Below, piece after piece: positions 27,853 through 38,341 of a stretch of 64,000 bases of DNA. The number at the start of each line of letters is the position of its first letter. Within the stretch, counting starts at the first letter, position 1. Both the position numbers and the translations under genes were made by a program. The DNA comes from a virus. The notes below the pieces were generated by a model. The model did no database searches, had not been told where the DNA came from, and worked only from the letters and a program-made list of their open reading frames with translations. The stretch spans positions 1-64,000 of IMG/VR virus record IMGVR_UViG_3300025000_000077, one strand, 5' to 3'.

Positions 27853-30264
27853 ATGGCAAATGGGTTTCTAGGCAATATTTCAGCGGATCTAATTTTAAAT
27901 AACAAAATGGGCTCGGCTATAGCCTCTGCGTCTGCCTCTATGAAGGGCATGGAAACCCAGATGAAAAACATAGGGACTTCTCTCGCGGCTTCTCTCGATG
28001 GACCAATGGCGAAACTGAAAGCAATGCCGGCAGAAACTAAGTATCTTGGTGCGGCTCTTGCGCTTGGTGTTACTGCTCCCCTCCTTGCCTTCGGTTCTGC
28101 TGCAACAAAAACGTTTTCTTCTTTTGATGATTCAATGAGGCAGGTCCAGGCGGTTACAGGAGCCACTGGTCCTCAATTCCAGGCACTTACAAATTTAGCC
28201 CGTGAGATGGGCGAAACCACCTCCTTTAAGGCATCGGAAGCAGCCGAAGCAATGACATATTTGGGAATGGCGGGATTCAAAACAGATGATATAATCAGTG
28301 CTCTCCCTGCTACACTTGCTTTAGCTCGCGCCGGTGTTCTTGATCTCGGATCAGCCGCAGATATAATGTCCAATGTGATGACCATCTTCGGGATGAGCGC
28401 AGACGAAGCAGGACACGCGGCTGACGTGCTCGCGAAAGTTGCCCACAGCACAAATACAAATGTTCAGCAGTTAGGCGAAGCCATGACCTATGCGGGTCCT
28501 GTCGCTCATACGTTTGGTTTGTCGATGGAAATGACTGCCGCTGCAATGGGACTTCTCGGTAATGCGGGTATCCAGGCGAGTATGGCGGGTACAACCCTTA
28601 GAGGTATTCTTCAGGAACTGGTTGCACCAACAAAGGCCTCAATGGATGTATTTACAAAGTACGGTTTAACTCTCGAAGATCTCAACCCGAAAGTACACAG
28701 CTTAGATGTAATTTTCAAAACGCTCAAAGAATCCGGGATGTCGGACGCGGAAATGTTCACCGTATTCGGACAAAGGGCGGGTCCGGGGTTGCAGGCACTC
28801 TTATCTCAGGGAATTGACACACTTGGAAATTATTCAGTCGAACTTCAAAACGTCGATGGATACGCAGAGCAGGCCGCTAAAACAATGGACGAGGGATTCG
28901 GCGGGGCTCTCCGGATGATGAATTCCGCTTTAGAATCATTTTCGATATCAATCGGTAGCAGGCTCGCTGTTATGATGGGGCCGCTGGTTGCATGGGTTAC
29001 TAAAGCGGCTCAAGTATTTGCAGACCTCAACCCACGTAACAAGGATGCTATAATAGTAATCGGTCTTCTTCTTGCGGCTCTAGGCCCTGTTATACTGGCT
29101 CTTGCTGCACTTCCTACCATTGTCGCAGGGGTCACAGGCGGATTAGCTCTACTAAGTGGAGCATGGGCAGTAATCGTTTCTGTATTGTCCGGCGGCATCG
29201 TCCCTGCCATAGCTCTGGTAGTCGCTGCTCTCTACATCCTGGAAGAGAAAACCGGACTCATAAGCGGAGCCTGGCAGTTTGCCAAAGATGCATTTGTTAT
29301 ATTCGCGGATGTAATTTCTCAGGCAATCGTGCAATTAAAACAAATTGTAGTTGAAAATACAGAATGGATCAGAGAAGCGGTCTCAAATCTTATCCCTACT
29401 GAAGCAATTGAGACAGTTACTGAGTGGTATGATACAATAAAATCAGCATTCGGTGACGCTGCAACAACAGTAAACGACAGGGCAAATGTAATCAGAGAAG
29501 AAAACAAAAAAACCGCTGAGTCATTCGACCAAAATGGGGTCGCTGCCACTGAGTCCGGGAAAGTCGTCGAAGCTGCAGCCGGGACAGCAGGAAATGCTGT
29601 GACGAATTACGCTAATCTCGCGGTAGAGGGATATGGAAACGCAGATGCAGCAGCCGGGACAGCCGGGGATGCTGTGACTGATTACGCGAATCTCGCGGTT
29701 GCTGGATATGGAAACGCGGGTGATGCTGCTAGTCAAATGGGCGCAGATACAGACACAGCTACCGGCCAGATGTCTCAGGGATTAATACTGGTAACCAATT
29801 CAGCTAGACCTATGGTTTTAGCTATCCAGAGCGGGGTCGATCCTGTCACCGATCTGAAAGCCACAATAGCAGGAGCAACGACTACAAACCACGCTTACGC
29901 GGCTTCCTTCGTTGACGTCTCGAATATGGCAAATGCGGCAGCTTCTGCGGCAATTTCTGCAAGTTCCAGGATAGGGTCAGCGATAAAAACTTCAATTGGT
30001 CAGGTAGGAGAGCTCGAATCCCTTGCCGGCAAATGGAATACTACAGCGAAACTTGGAACAACGTCAAGCGGTGGAAAAGGAACAGGCGAGGGTAATGTCA
30101 AAGTTGTCGATAAAACTGGACGATATACCACACCTGTTACGAAATCCGGCAGTAGTGGAACCGGGGAATCCGGCGTTAAAGTGATCTCGACCACAAATAA
30201 AAACACAGTCAACAACAACGGCGATAAACTGAGCGCGTCAAAAGCAAAAGCCGCAGGGGTCTAA
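27853..30264 (+). CDS. Tail tape measure protein (TP901 family)
   Basis: FDDSMRQVQAVTGA...LGMAGF...LGNAGIQASMAGTTLR, hydrophobic central region; 25-aa tandem repeat at about 29572-29720. Confidence 0.95.
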   Translation: MANGFLGNISADLILNNKMGSAIASASASMKGMETQMKNIGTSLAASLDGPMAKLKAMPAETKYLGAALALGVTAPLLAFGSAATKTFSSFDDSMRQVQAVTGATGPQFQALTNLAREMGETTSFKASEAAEAMTYLGMAGFKTDDIISALPATLALARAGVLDLGSAADIMSNVMTIFGMSADEAGHAADVLAKVAHSTNTNVQQLGEAMTYAGPVAHTFGLSMEMTAAAMGLLGNAGIQASMAGTTLRGILQELVAPTKASMDVFTKYGLTLEDLNPKVHSLDVIFKTLKESGMSDAEMFTVFGQRAGPGLQALLSQGIDTLGNYSVELQNVDGYAEQAAKTMDEGFGGALRMMNSALESFSISIGSRLAVMMGPLVAWVTKAAQVFADLNPRNKDAIIVIGLLLAALGPVILALAALPTIVAGVTGGLALLSGAWAVIVSVLSGGIVPAIALVVAALYILEEKTGLISGAWQFAKDAFVIFADVISQAIVQLKQIVVENTEWIREAVSNLIPTEAIETVTEWYDTIKSAFGDAATTVNDRANVIREENKKTAESFDQNGVAATESGKVVEAAAGTAGNAVTNYANLAVEGYGNADAAAGTAGDAVTDYANLAVAGYGNAGDAASQMGADTDTATGQMSQGLILVTNSARPMVLAIQSGVDPVTDLKATIAGATTTNHAYAASFVDVSNMANAAASAAISASSRIGSAIKTSIGQVGELESLAGKWNTTAKLGTTSSGGKGTGEGNVKVVDKTGRYTTPVTKSGSSGTGESGVKVISTTNKNTVNNNGDKLSASKAKAAGV

Positions 30265-30266
30265 AA

Positions 30267-33200
30267 ATGATTATTATCTATGTTTCAAGTACCGAACTGG
30301 ATGCAAATTACAAAGTAGATGGATCAGCGGATCAAGTACAGATCAATAACGCGCTCACGTATGCACATACCAACGGGACCTTCGTCTCTCCAATAACCGT
30401 GTACCTCCGCGGACCGTACATATACGATCTAACAGACAGCCTCTTAGTCGGCTCTAATACGATTTTAACCGGAGATGCAACCGCTATTGTCAGATTACAT
30501 AATTCTGCATCGTGGGGAGCATGGAAGCCGCTAATCAACCAAATTTCAGGCGTGATCCCTCAAAATTTCACACTTTCGAATATCACCCTTGATGGAAATT
30601 ACGCAAATCAGCCTGAATACTCTGCCGGGAATTGGGGCAAAGGGTACTATCCTGGACTCTATTTGCAGGGCACGCTCTCAAACCCCGTTCGAAATGTTAT
30701 AATTCACAATACAATTATAAAAAACATGCTCACCGATGGGGCAAGAATATCCTACGGAAACGGCTTCGAATTTTATAATAACAAAACTATAGAATGTATG
30801 CACGAGGGCGTTTTTGTCCTGCGTTCGTTAAATTGCAACATTTATAATAATGATTTTACCATCAGGACAAATAGCGGACCCCGTTGTTATAACTCTCAGA
30901 ATGTCAATATCTACGGCAATACGATGCGCCCTTATGCGCTTAATTCTGTAGCTGGGAATTTTGGAATCCAGATAGAAGACAATTCAGCACAGGGCGACAT
31001 CATAACAAATAATATCAATTGTTATAATAACACGATAACCGATTGCTGGGGTGGCGGGATCTGGTGTATAGATCTCAGAGGAACGGCGACAAACAAAAAT
31101 ATAAAAATCCACGATAATACGATAACCGGCTGTGGGAGGATCACCACTACCTCGTACAATGCAGGTATTTGTATTCAGGGATTTAATGACATTGAAGTAT
31201 ATAATAATATTATAAAAAACAATTATAACGCAGGAATATTGATCCCGTCGGCCCCGTCTGGTGGATCGGGATATATCTATTATTATGATGATAATGTAGT
31301 TTCTGGCACACTTGACACGCTAAACCCTTCAAAAAGTGCCGGGCACGGCTTCGGAATTGTAAACAGGTATCCTTCAGTTGTAACAGTTGCAGGGCACGGG
31401 AATATTGTCACAGGAAACGTAAATGGTGATTATTATCAAGTGTCGAATATAAATGACGTTTCGACAACTGCACCAATAAAACCAATTCCATCCATTCGCA
31501 TAAATGAAACTGATGAAATTGTAGACTATTATGTGGATAATTATTCTGCATATGTTAACGGATATCCTATCAAAATTTTAGGATACGACGCGGACACCGA
31601 TCAGAGTATTTCAACAGATAAACCGCCGGGGTTCGACGGTTGGGTATTGGGCGATTTCGGCTCAGATGGTTGCTCTATAAACGTTAGGTGCTTTGGATTC
31701 GGAAAACATGACGTCAGACGCGCTGTAGCTGCATGGAAAAAACAGGGCAGGACATTTGTAGAGCTCGGTGGAGATTCTGCAGGCTGGCAGGTCTCAGGAG
31801 TCACACGCGCACACGCATCAAGAAAAGATCTCGACGCTGGAGATATAGTCTCAGATGACGGGCCTAACAATTATAATATTGTTTTTTATTGTGACACACC
31901 CTTTGAAGAGTCTGTTAACAAGCACGTCAGAGCGCGAAAACTTACTTATTCTGGTGAACGGTGGAGTTCGGATAATACCTATGCTGGGAACATTGTAAAA
32001 AATGCCTCTTTTGAGGAATGGACTAGAGATACTACACAGTCGTGGAATTTAAAAACACCGGCCGCATCTGTTAATTTTACATGTGTTGAATTTTCACCAG
32101 ATCTTGAACAGTATTGTGCGGTTGCTGATTCTGGCACAGGAAACAGGATTCAGATTTCTTCCTTTGGCAACGCATGGGCAATCCCTGCAACGAATCCAGC
32201 CAATGTAAATATAAATTGGAAAGGGGCAGCATGGGGAGATACAGTAGGGATAGAATCAACCGGGGACCCTGCTCCCTTTGTTATGGTTTCCTCTGATAAT
32301 TATATTTTAGTATCCTCTGATGATTATATTCTCGTGTCAGGGGATATGAGCACCGCCACTGCTTTACAAAACGGTAGATGGGTTATCGTGGGGTATTCCG
32401 CTGCGACAAATGGGGCAGCATATTCAGAAGACGGGGAATCCTGGACAGCAGGAGTGACACCAAACATAAATCTTGAAGACGTTTGCTATGTTAAGGACAT
32501 CGACTCGGGCATTTACCGCTATATCGCGGTTGCCTCTTCCGGTGCTGATAGAGTAATCTATACAGATGACGGGGGGGAAACATGGACAGCGGTTTCATCC
32601 GCAGATGACGCGGAAACATGGGTTTCAGTTGACTATGCCACTGACATCAAAACGATAGTTGCGGTTGCTTCCTCGGGAAAAATAATGCACTCCGTTGATT
32701 ACGGGATCTCATGGACGCTTGCTACCGCTCCCTCCCAGATCTGGAACGAAGTAAAAAGGGCTGTCTATCTTGGGTTATTTGTAGCCACTTCAACGAATGG
32801 GACTCAGCAGATAGCGACGTCTACGACAGGGGAAAGTTGGACTTTGCAAGATGTGCCATACGGAGGCACTTCCATAGTGCCCGGCGGTGGTGACCTCGAA
32901 ACTATCACGTATTCTACAGATATAGCGTTGCCAGGCATAGTTTATACGTCGGCTGCAACTGAATACACATCCAAAGATACAAGCCTGGAACTCACAACGG
33001 CTCTCCCTGCTCTCACCGGTGGAAATATTTACAGGATTGACCAGATATCTTGCAAGTTGAGGACTTTGCTTGCCGGGAAAGTCGCATACCTGAAAGTTAC
33101 TATTCAGGCAGCGTCTCTGTATTCCGGTGTCGAAACTCAGATAGTAGAATGGACAAATAACACTAGCACATATATCACGAAATCATTGGATCTGGCTCTC

Positions 33201-35123
33201 GAATCAGAAACCGACGAGGCTGTGATATTCAGATATTACATGAAAACATCTGATTCTAATTATCGGGCAGCAGCAACGGCATTAGGATACAAGGCAACTA
33301 TACAAAGCACTACCGGAGGCACTGTCGGGTACAATTACAATGAATGGACGGGGCTGGCAATCGCTGACGATCTAAAATATATTGTAGCAGTCGCACAGAC
33401 GGGAACCGGAAACCGCCTGATGAATTCTACAAATGCAGGTATATGGAATCTCGCAGCGTTTGCATCAGATAGAGCCTGGAAATCCGGCTGTTTCTCACCA
33501 TCTCAGATGAAATTCGTGATGGTTGGAAGCTCAGGCGCGATAATGACTTCCGAGGATTACGGCACGTACCGGGCAGACGGTTGGACATACGGGGAAACTT
33601 CTAAGCCATCCAGATCTGAATACTCAAACGATGGATACCTATCATTATGTATAACAGGCGACGGTATAACAGAAGAACCCGGCATGATAACCCAGCCTGC
33701 TCAGTTTGCAGCAGGCACAACATATTCACTGACTGGATATTGTGAGAAAGTTGGGTCTTCTGGGTCTGCTGTAATTGATATAGCTGCAAACGGGCAGGTA
33801 CTCGCCTCAATTGAATGGATAGACGACGACGTATTTTCGATGAAGCAAAGTTTTATTAAATTCGATGTGATCCCCCCAGATGCCATGATTAGAATACATG
33901 GGGCAGGGACCCCGGACAATTCAACGAGCATGTATTTTGATACCGTTTGCGTACAAAAACTGACAGATTATGAGGTATTCGAAAACGGTGTTGACATCCT
34001 GACCACCGGGACGGTAGAAACAATCCCGGACATTTCAATCCAGGCACTTGGGTCACTCTCCGGATCAGTCGAAGGAAGGGAAACGGCGGGAGAAAGTAAA
34101 ACACACACTGATGCAACAAATGTGGGGGGTACGGTATATACTACATATCAGTTGCAGGATTTTTTCAATTATACAATCACCGGAGTAGTTGGAAAAAAAT
34201 ACAGAATCGATAAAGTTGGAATCAAGGGGTGTACTGCGTCATCAGGGGGAAGGTGTGATTCAAAAATCGAAGTCTACTTCGGGTCCACTCTCAGGGGAAC
34301 CTACACTTTCTCGTCGTCTACTGTGCTATATTCCTATACAACTCATTCAGCGGCTCCATCTATTACAGCCGCAGATGGTCAATCGGTGACATTCAAGTAC
34401 TACCTCAAAACGTCAGATGCAGCCAAACGCGCTTATATCCGGGATGCTACATCCACGATTACAGAAGTTCTGGAAACCCCAACGGTGACAATAGATGCGG
34501 GTATTTCAATCTACAATGTAGCCGACCCCCTGACAGTATTACGGTTATGTAATAAAATCTATCCCGGAATTACATTGACGATAGGAGCAGACGGAACGGG
34601 AAATATCAAATATTCCGAGAATTTCTCGGATTCAACGTATCAAACTACTGTGCTATCAAGATCGGGAGATTCGTACTCGGAATCATTAAAAAGGGTGACG
34701 CTTACAGGTTCTCTTGTGTGGGAATTTGATACACTTTATCCGATCACCGGGATTCCATATGTGATACTGTATATCGTTTCGGGTATCCCGAAACTGGAAA
34801 TATCGACGGATAACATGACCTGGACGGCGTGTGATTCGAATAGCACTGTAGGAGTTACCGATTCTACAGTATCAAGAGAACTGGATAATGCATCGGCTCC
34901 ACTCAGGCTATACGGCAAAACTAAATTTTATATGAGGTTATCACCGGCAAGCGGCACTCTTATAATCAAATCGGTCTATATGTTTTCATACCTGATCACG
35001 ATAGACGCTGAACATCCCGTTATTGCTCCGACGGGTGTGGCGGAAACTTTCGCCGTAACAATGTCTAATAATGTGCCATGTATAATAACTATGAAATATT
35101 CGAACAAACATTGGGTGGTCTGA
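30267..35123 (+). CDS. Large distal tail/baseplate protein with N-terminal disaggregatase-like beta-helix, BNR propeller and CBM-like domains
   Basis: DGSADQVQINNAL...TVYLRGPYIY...NTILTGDATAIVRL...KPLI; Asp-boxes SEDGESW, TDDGGETW, SVDYGISW; follows the TMP. Confidence 0.75.
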   Translation: MIIIYVSSTELDANYKVDGSADQVQINNALTYAHTNGTFVSPITVYLRGPYIYDLTDSLLVGSNTILTGDATAIVRLHNSASWGAWKPLINQISGVIPQNFTLSNITLDGNYANQPEYSAGNWGKGYYPGLYLQGTLSNPVRNVIIHNTIIKNMLTDGARISYGNGFEFYNNKTIECMHEGVFVLRSLNCNIYNNDFTIRTNSGPRCYNSQNVNIYGNTMRPYALNSVAGNFGIQIEDNSAQGDIITNNINCYNNTITDCWGGGIWCIDLRGTATNKNIKIHDNTITGCGRITTTSYNAGICIQGFNDIEVYNNIIKNNYNAGILIPSAPSGGSGYIYYYDDNVVSGTLDTLNPSKSAGHGFGIVNRYPSVVTVAGHGNIVTGNVNGDYYQVSNINDVSTTAPIKPIPSIRINETDEIVDYYVDNYSAYVNGYPIKILGYDADTDQSISTDKPPGFDGWVLGDFGSDGCSINVRCFGFGKHDVRRAVAAWKKQGRTFVELGGDSAGWQVSGVTRAHASRKDLDAGDIVSDDGPNNYNIVFYCDTPFEESVNKHVRARKLTYSGERWSSDNTYAGNIVKNASFEEWTRDTTQSWNLKTPAASVNFTCVEFSPDLEQYCAVADSGTGNRIQISSFGNAWAIPATNPANVNINWKGAAWGDTVGIESTGDPAPFVMVSSDNYILVSSDDYILVSGDMSTATALQNGRWVIVGYSAATNGAAYSEDGESWTAGVTPNINLEDVCYVKDIDSGIYRYIAVASSGADRVIYTDDGGETWTAVSSADDAETWVSVDYATDIKTIVAVASSGKIMHSVDYGISWTLATAPSQIWNEVKRAVYLGLFVATSTNGTQQIATSTTGESWTLQDVPYGGTSIVPGGGDLETITYSTDIALPGIVYTSAATEYTSKDTSLELTTALPALTGGNIYRIDQISCKLRTLLAGKVAYLKVTIQAASLYSGVETQIVEWTNNTSTYITKSLDLALESETDEAVIFRYYMKTSDSNYRAAATALGYKATIQSTTGGTVGYNYNEWTGLAIADDLKYIVAVAQTGTGNRLMNSTNAGIWNLAAFASDRAWKSGCFSPSQMKFVMVGSSGAIMTSEDYGTYRADGWTYGETSKPSRSEYSNDGYLSLCITGDGITEEPGMITQPAQFAAGTTYSLTGYCEKVGSSGSAVIDIAANGQVLASIEWIDDDVFSMKQSFIKFDVIPPDAMIRIHGAGTPDNSTSMYFDTVCVQKLTDYEVFENGVDILTTGTVETIPDISIQALGSLSGSVEGRETAGESKTHTDATNVGGTVYTTYQLQDFFNYTITGVVGKKYRIDKVGIKGCTASSGGRCDSKIEVYFGSTLRGTYTFSSSTVLYSYTTHSAAPSITAADGQSVTFKYYLKTSDAAKRAYIRDATSTITEVLETPTVTIDAGISIYNVADPLTVLRLCNKIYPGITLTIGADGTGNIKYSENFSDSTYQTTVLSRSGDSYSESLKRVTLTGSLVWEFDTLYPITGIPYVILYIVSGIPKLEISTDNMTWTACDSNSTVGVTDSTVSRELDNASAPLRLYGKTKFYMRLSPASGTLIIKSVYMFSYLITIDAEHPVIAPTGVAETFAVTMSNNVPCIITMKYSNKHWVV

Positions 35124-36310
35124 TGCTCTGGTTTTTCCGCCCCCGGATCAGTATTCAAAAACCTAATGGGCAGAAATACTACCCAAAACAAGTTACTGCA
35201 TCAGTGACCGATGCTTATCCTTATTCAGATGCCCCCTATGCCCAAATAGAACTCGCTACGAATAGAAGTCCAGAAACTGCCGAGTACATCAATCCAGTCG
35301 AGGAGGATGATATCGTCAGGGTCCAGGTATCCTGTCGAATGTCGGAAAAGGAAAAATGTGTATTTGTGGATCTTTTTGAGGGTCGAGTCCGGTCCATAGA
35401 TGGGGAGTACAACACAAAAAACAATACTACCGTCTCATGCAGAGGGCACATAGATGAGGCAGCAAAACTTCTTATCGATGAGTCTAAAACGTGGACCGGG
35501 ACTATAGAGGCGAGAACCATTTTAGGCGACCTGGTTACTCCTGCCCGCCATGTTTCCCGACTTACGTGGCTGAATCAGGCTCCTCATGTTGATCAAAGTG
35601 GGGTAGTTAGTTTTACTGATCCCGAATCCGCATATGCAACAAAAGCAGATCAAACTTATTTATCAAGTGTATTCAAGGATCTTGAAAAAGAGTCGGGGAG
35701 CACTTGGAAAATAGGTACTAAGAGCACTTATACGGTGGGAGGCTCACTCGACAAAACGTATCTGACGTGGAAAAAACTTGATACCACACCCACAAATAAA
35801 TACAAAGCGATCCAGGGAACTGCCCGTTATCTAGGTAGCAATTTTGAAATTTCCATTGAAGACCAGGCGACCCAGGTTAAAATAAAAGGGGACACTCCCA
35901 CCAGTGGAACTCAGTACACTGGAACAGCTACGGATGCAACCGCAGTTGCTAGATATGGATACAAAACAGATGTAGACATCTACTCTCAATTACAGAGCAA
36001 TGCGACATGTGCGAGTATTGCTGCAGGTATCCTCCCGTCTAAAGTTTCAGCCAGTATTTCAGGTACTATAAAATTAGTTGGCACACCTGAAGCTCATCCG
36101 GGAGACATGGTTTATGTGAGATCGAGGAGCACGGAATTGAACGGAGCAATTGTCGCAGGGAATTTTAACGTTTATCGCGTCAGACATAATATCACATCGT
36201 CTTCCTATACTACAGAAATACAAGTCGGTGGAATAATAACCGATGCATACGATCTGATAAAAAACATAAAAACAATAGCAGTAACTACAAAATGTAATCA
36301 GGTAAAATAA
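35123..36310 (+). CDS. Baseplate hub/Tal-like tail protein
   Basis: TGATG coupling at 35121-35125; LFEGRV, GTPEAHPGDMV...VYRVRHNI. Confidence 0.65.
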   Translation: MLWFFRPRISIQKPNGQKYYPKQVTASVTDAYPYSDAPYAQIELATNRSPETAEYINPVEEDDIVRVQVSCRMSEKEKCVFVDLFEGRVRSIDGEYNTKNNTTVSCRGHIDEAAKLLIDESKTWTGTIEARTILGDLVTPARHVSRLTWLNQAPHVDQSGVVSFTDPESAYATKADQTYLSSVFKDLEKESGSTWKIGTKSTYTVGGSLDKTYLTWKKLDTTPTNKYKAIQGTARYLGSNFEISIEDQATQVKIKGDTPTSGTQYTGTATDATAVARYGYKTDVDIYSQLQSNATCASIAAGILPSKVSASISGTIKLVGTPEAHPGDMVYVRSRSTELNGAIVAGNFNVYRVRHNITSSSYTTEIQVGGIITDAYDLIKNIKTIAVTTKCNQVK

Positions 36311-36327
36311 AACGGAGCTAAAAAAAC

Positions 36328-38325
36328 ATGGCAACTGAATACCCTGTAACTATTGATATAGCCGCTATCGTGGACTCTCTAACTAATTCAAGGGACCCAA
36401 ACACACACGCTGCAACCCACAAAACAGGAGGAACGGATGCAGTAAAAATAACGGAACTCGCGGTAGCAGATAATGTAACCACAATGAACTCGACGACTAC
36501 AAGGCCGGGACTGCTACCCAGATTATCCAATGTAGCAACTGAATACATGGACGGGACAGGCAATTGGTCTGCACCTGCGGGAGGCGGTGGTAGTGTGACT
36601 TACCCCGGAGTGGCATCTGTATTCCTGAACGGGACAGGAGGATTTTCTGTCCCTGCTGCGTCAGGCTCTGTTTTTCGTCCATTTCTCTCAATTGGAAAAA
36701 CCAATTCAGGCGCAGATTACATATGTGACGGGGTGGATGACCATGTCCAATTTCAGGCGTGTTTTAACGCTGCTCCCTCCGGTTCTGTGATTTTAATACT
36801 TCCTGGTACATACACTTTTGGAGCAGGGGTAACAGTATATCAAAATTATAAAGATCTTACAATAATCGGTCTTTCAGCGCCGGAAGATGTCGTCATAAAT
36901 GTGGCCACGTACAACCCTGCAATATATTTTAACGGTCAGCTTGTCTCAAATCAAAATTTGACTGCTAACGCGGCTAAAGACGCATGGGCGGTCACTGTTT
37001 CAAGCACGTCAGGTATCGCAGCCGGGGATATAATTGTAATTAATAATAATGTCAAGTGGTGTCCGGATTATTACGCCGACCAGACAGCCGGGGAAGCGTA
37101 TCTAGTAAAAAGCGTATCTGGCGGCACAATAAACTTGAATGAACCTCTGTTGAGGGCATATAATACGTCTGAGGCATCAGAAATTAAAGTGTACCGGCCT
37201 ATCCGGATGCATATTGAAAATATTACATTGTCAAATGCATCAGGGACCGGCGAATATGCAGGGCTGAGATTATCTTTTGCAAAAGACAGCATAATTAAAA
37301 ACTGCCATTTTTATAATAACGGTCTTGCGAGTGTCCGGGTACAGGGCTGCTATAACTGCTTCGTAGAACAAAACAAAATAATGGACAGTATCCATGCTGG
37401 CAACGGTTACGGGATTTCAGTTTATGACGCAGCTGCATATATCACACTGCGAGACAACAGGGTAGAAAATTGCAGACACTGCATAATGTCAGGAACTTCA
37501 AGCTTCGAAGCACTTAATAGAGACATTGTGATCGAAAATAATACGTTGATAGGCGGGGATGTGACCGGATCAGATGTATTAGACTGCCATCCGAGTACGA
37601 TAAACCAATTTGTAAGGTGCAACAAAATATATCCAAAATCGACACATAACGCAATCTGGGACGGGAGCAAATACTCTATCATAGAGTCAAACGAAATCCA
37701 TAGCGGGTATGCTGCAATATGCAGGAGAGGGACCGTAACCGGTGGGTATCACATAATAAGGGATAATTATATGGACGGCAGCGCGATAATGTACACAGCT
37801 GTTGATACATCCATAGGTGATACTCTTATCATTGAAGGTAATCAATTCATAGGTCCGAGTTCATACGGCATCAATCTCGATGCTGAGACATATGACCACA
37901 TTATAATAAAAGACAATATCATCAAAGATTGCACAAGTCATGGGATAATCATCATTGGTAGACACGCGGGTACATGTATATCAATCGAAGACAATGAAAT
38001 ACGTTCTTTGGTCGGCAATGCCATCAAGATAGACCATTCTTCATATACAAATGGAAAAGTCCGGATACACGGAAATAGGATCTCAGAGGCAAATCGGAAT
38101 AACACAACATGGTCGTCAGTATATCTGAAAAACATAACGAATGCCTCAATTACCGGGAACAGGATAACAGATGCGGACATGAATCAAAAATATTGTATTC
38201 AAGAAGATACCGGGTGCGACTATAACAGAATCGCTTTCAATGATTTTTCAAGGTTCGCAACGGCAGCTCTTATGACTGTTGGCGCAAACGACACGATATC
38301 ATATAATTTAGGTATCGACATATAA
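36328..38325 (+). CDS. Tail spike with right-handed beta-helix (pectin lyase-like)
   Basis: HAATHKTGGTD anchor, ADYICDGVDDHVQFQ, many PbH1-like repeats. Confidence 0.8.
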   Translation: MATEYPVTIDIAAIVDSLTNSRDPNTHAATHKTGGTDAVKITELAVADNVTTMNSTTTRPGLLPRLSNVATEYMDGTGNWSAPAGGGGSVTYPGVASVFLNGTGGFSVPAASGSVFRPFLSIGKTNSGADYICDGVDDHVQFQACFNAAPSGSVILILPGTYTFGAGVTVYQNYKDLTIIGLSAPEDVVINVATYNPAIYFNGQLVSNQNLTANAAKDAWAVTVSSTSGIAAGDIIVINNNVKWCPDYYADQTAGEAYLVKSVSGGTINLNEPLLRAYNTSEASEIKVYRPIRMHIENITLSNASGTGEYAGLRLSFAKDSIIKNCHFYNNGLASVRVQGCYNCFVEQNKIMDSIHAGNGYGISVYDAAAYITLRDNRVENCRHCIMSGTSSFEALNRDIVIENNTLIGGDVTGSDVLDCHPSTINQFVRCNKIYPKSTHNAIWDGSKYSIIESNEIHSGYAAICRRGTVTGGYHIIRDNYMDGSAIMYTAVDTSIGDTLIIEGNQFIGPSSYGINLDAETYDHIIIKDNIIKDCTSHGIIIIGRHAGTCISIEDNEIRSLVGNAIKIDHSSYTNGKVRIHGNRISEANRNNTTWSSVYLKNITNASITGNRITDADMNQKYCIQEDTGCDYNRIAFNDFSRFATAALMTVGANDTISYNLGIDI

Positions 38326-38341
38326 AAACAGGAGGTATAAA

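Noticed and set aside
29572-29720. 75-bp tandem repeat in the tape measure gene
   Set aside because: Ordinary TMP repeat expansion; no separate function implied.
36139-36147. Additional GAACGGAGC copy inside the hub gene
   Set aside because: No start codon at suitable spacing; may be chance or an internal target, so not counted in the regulon.
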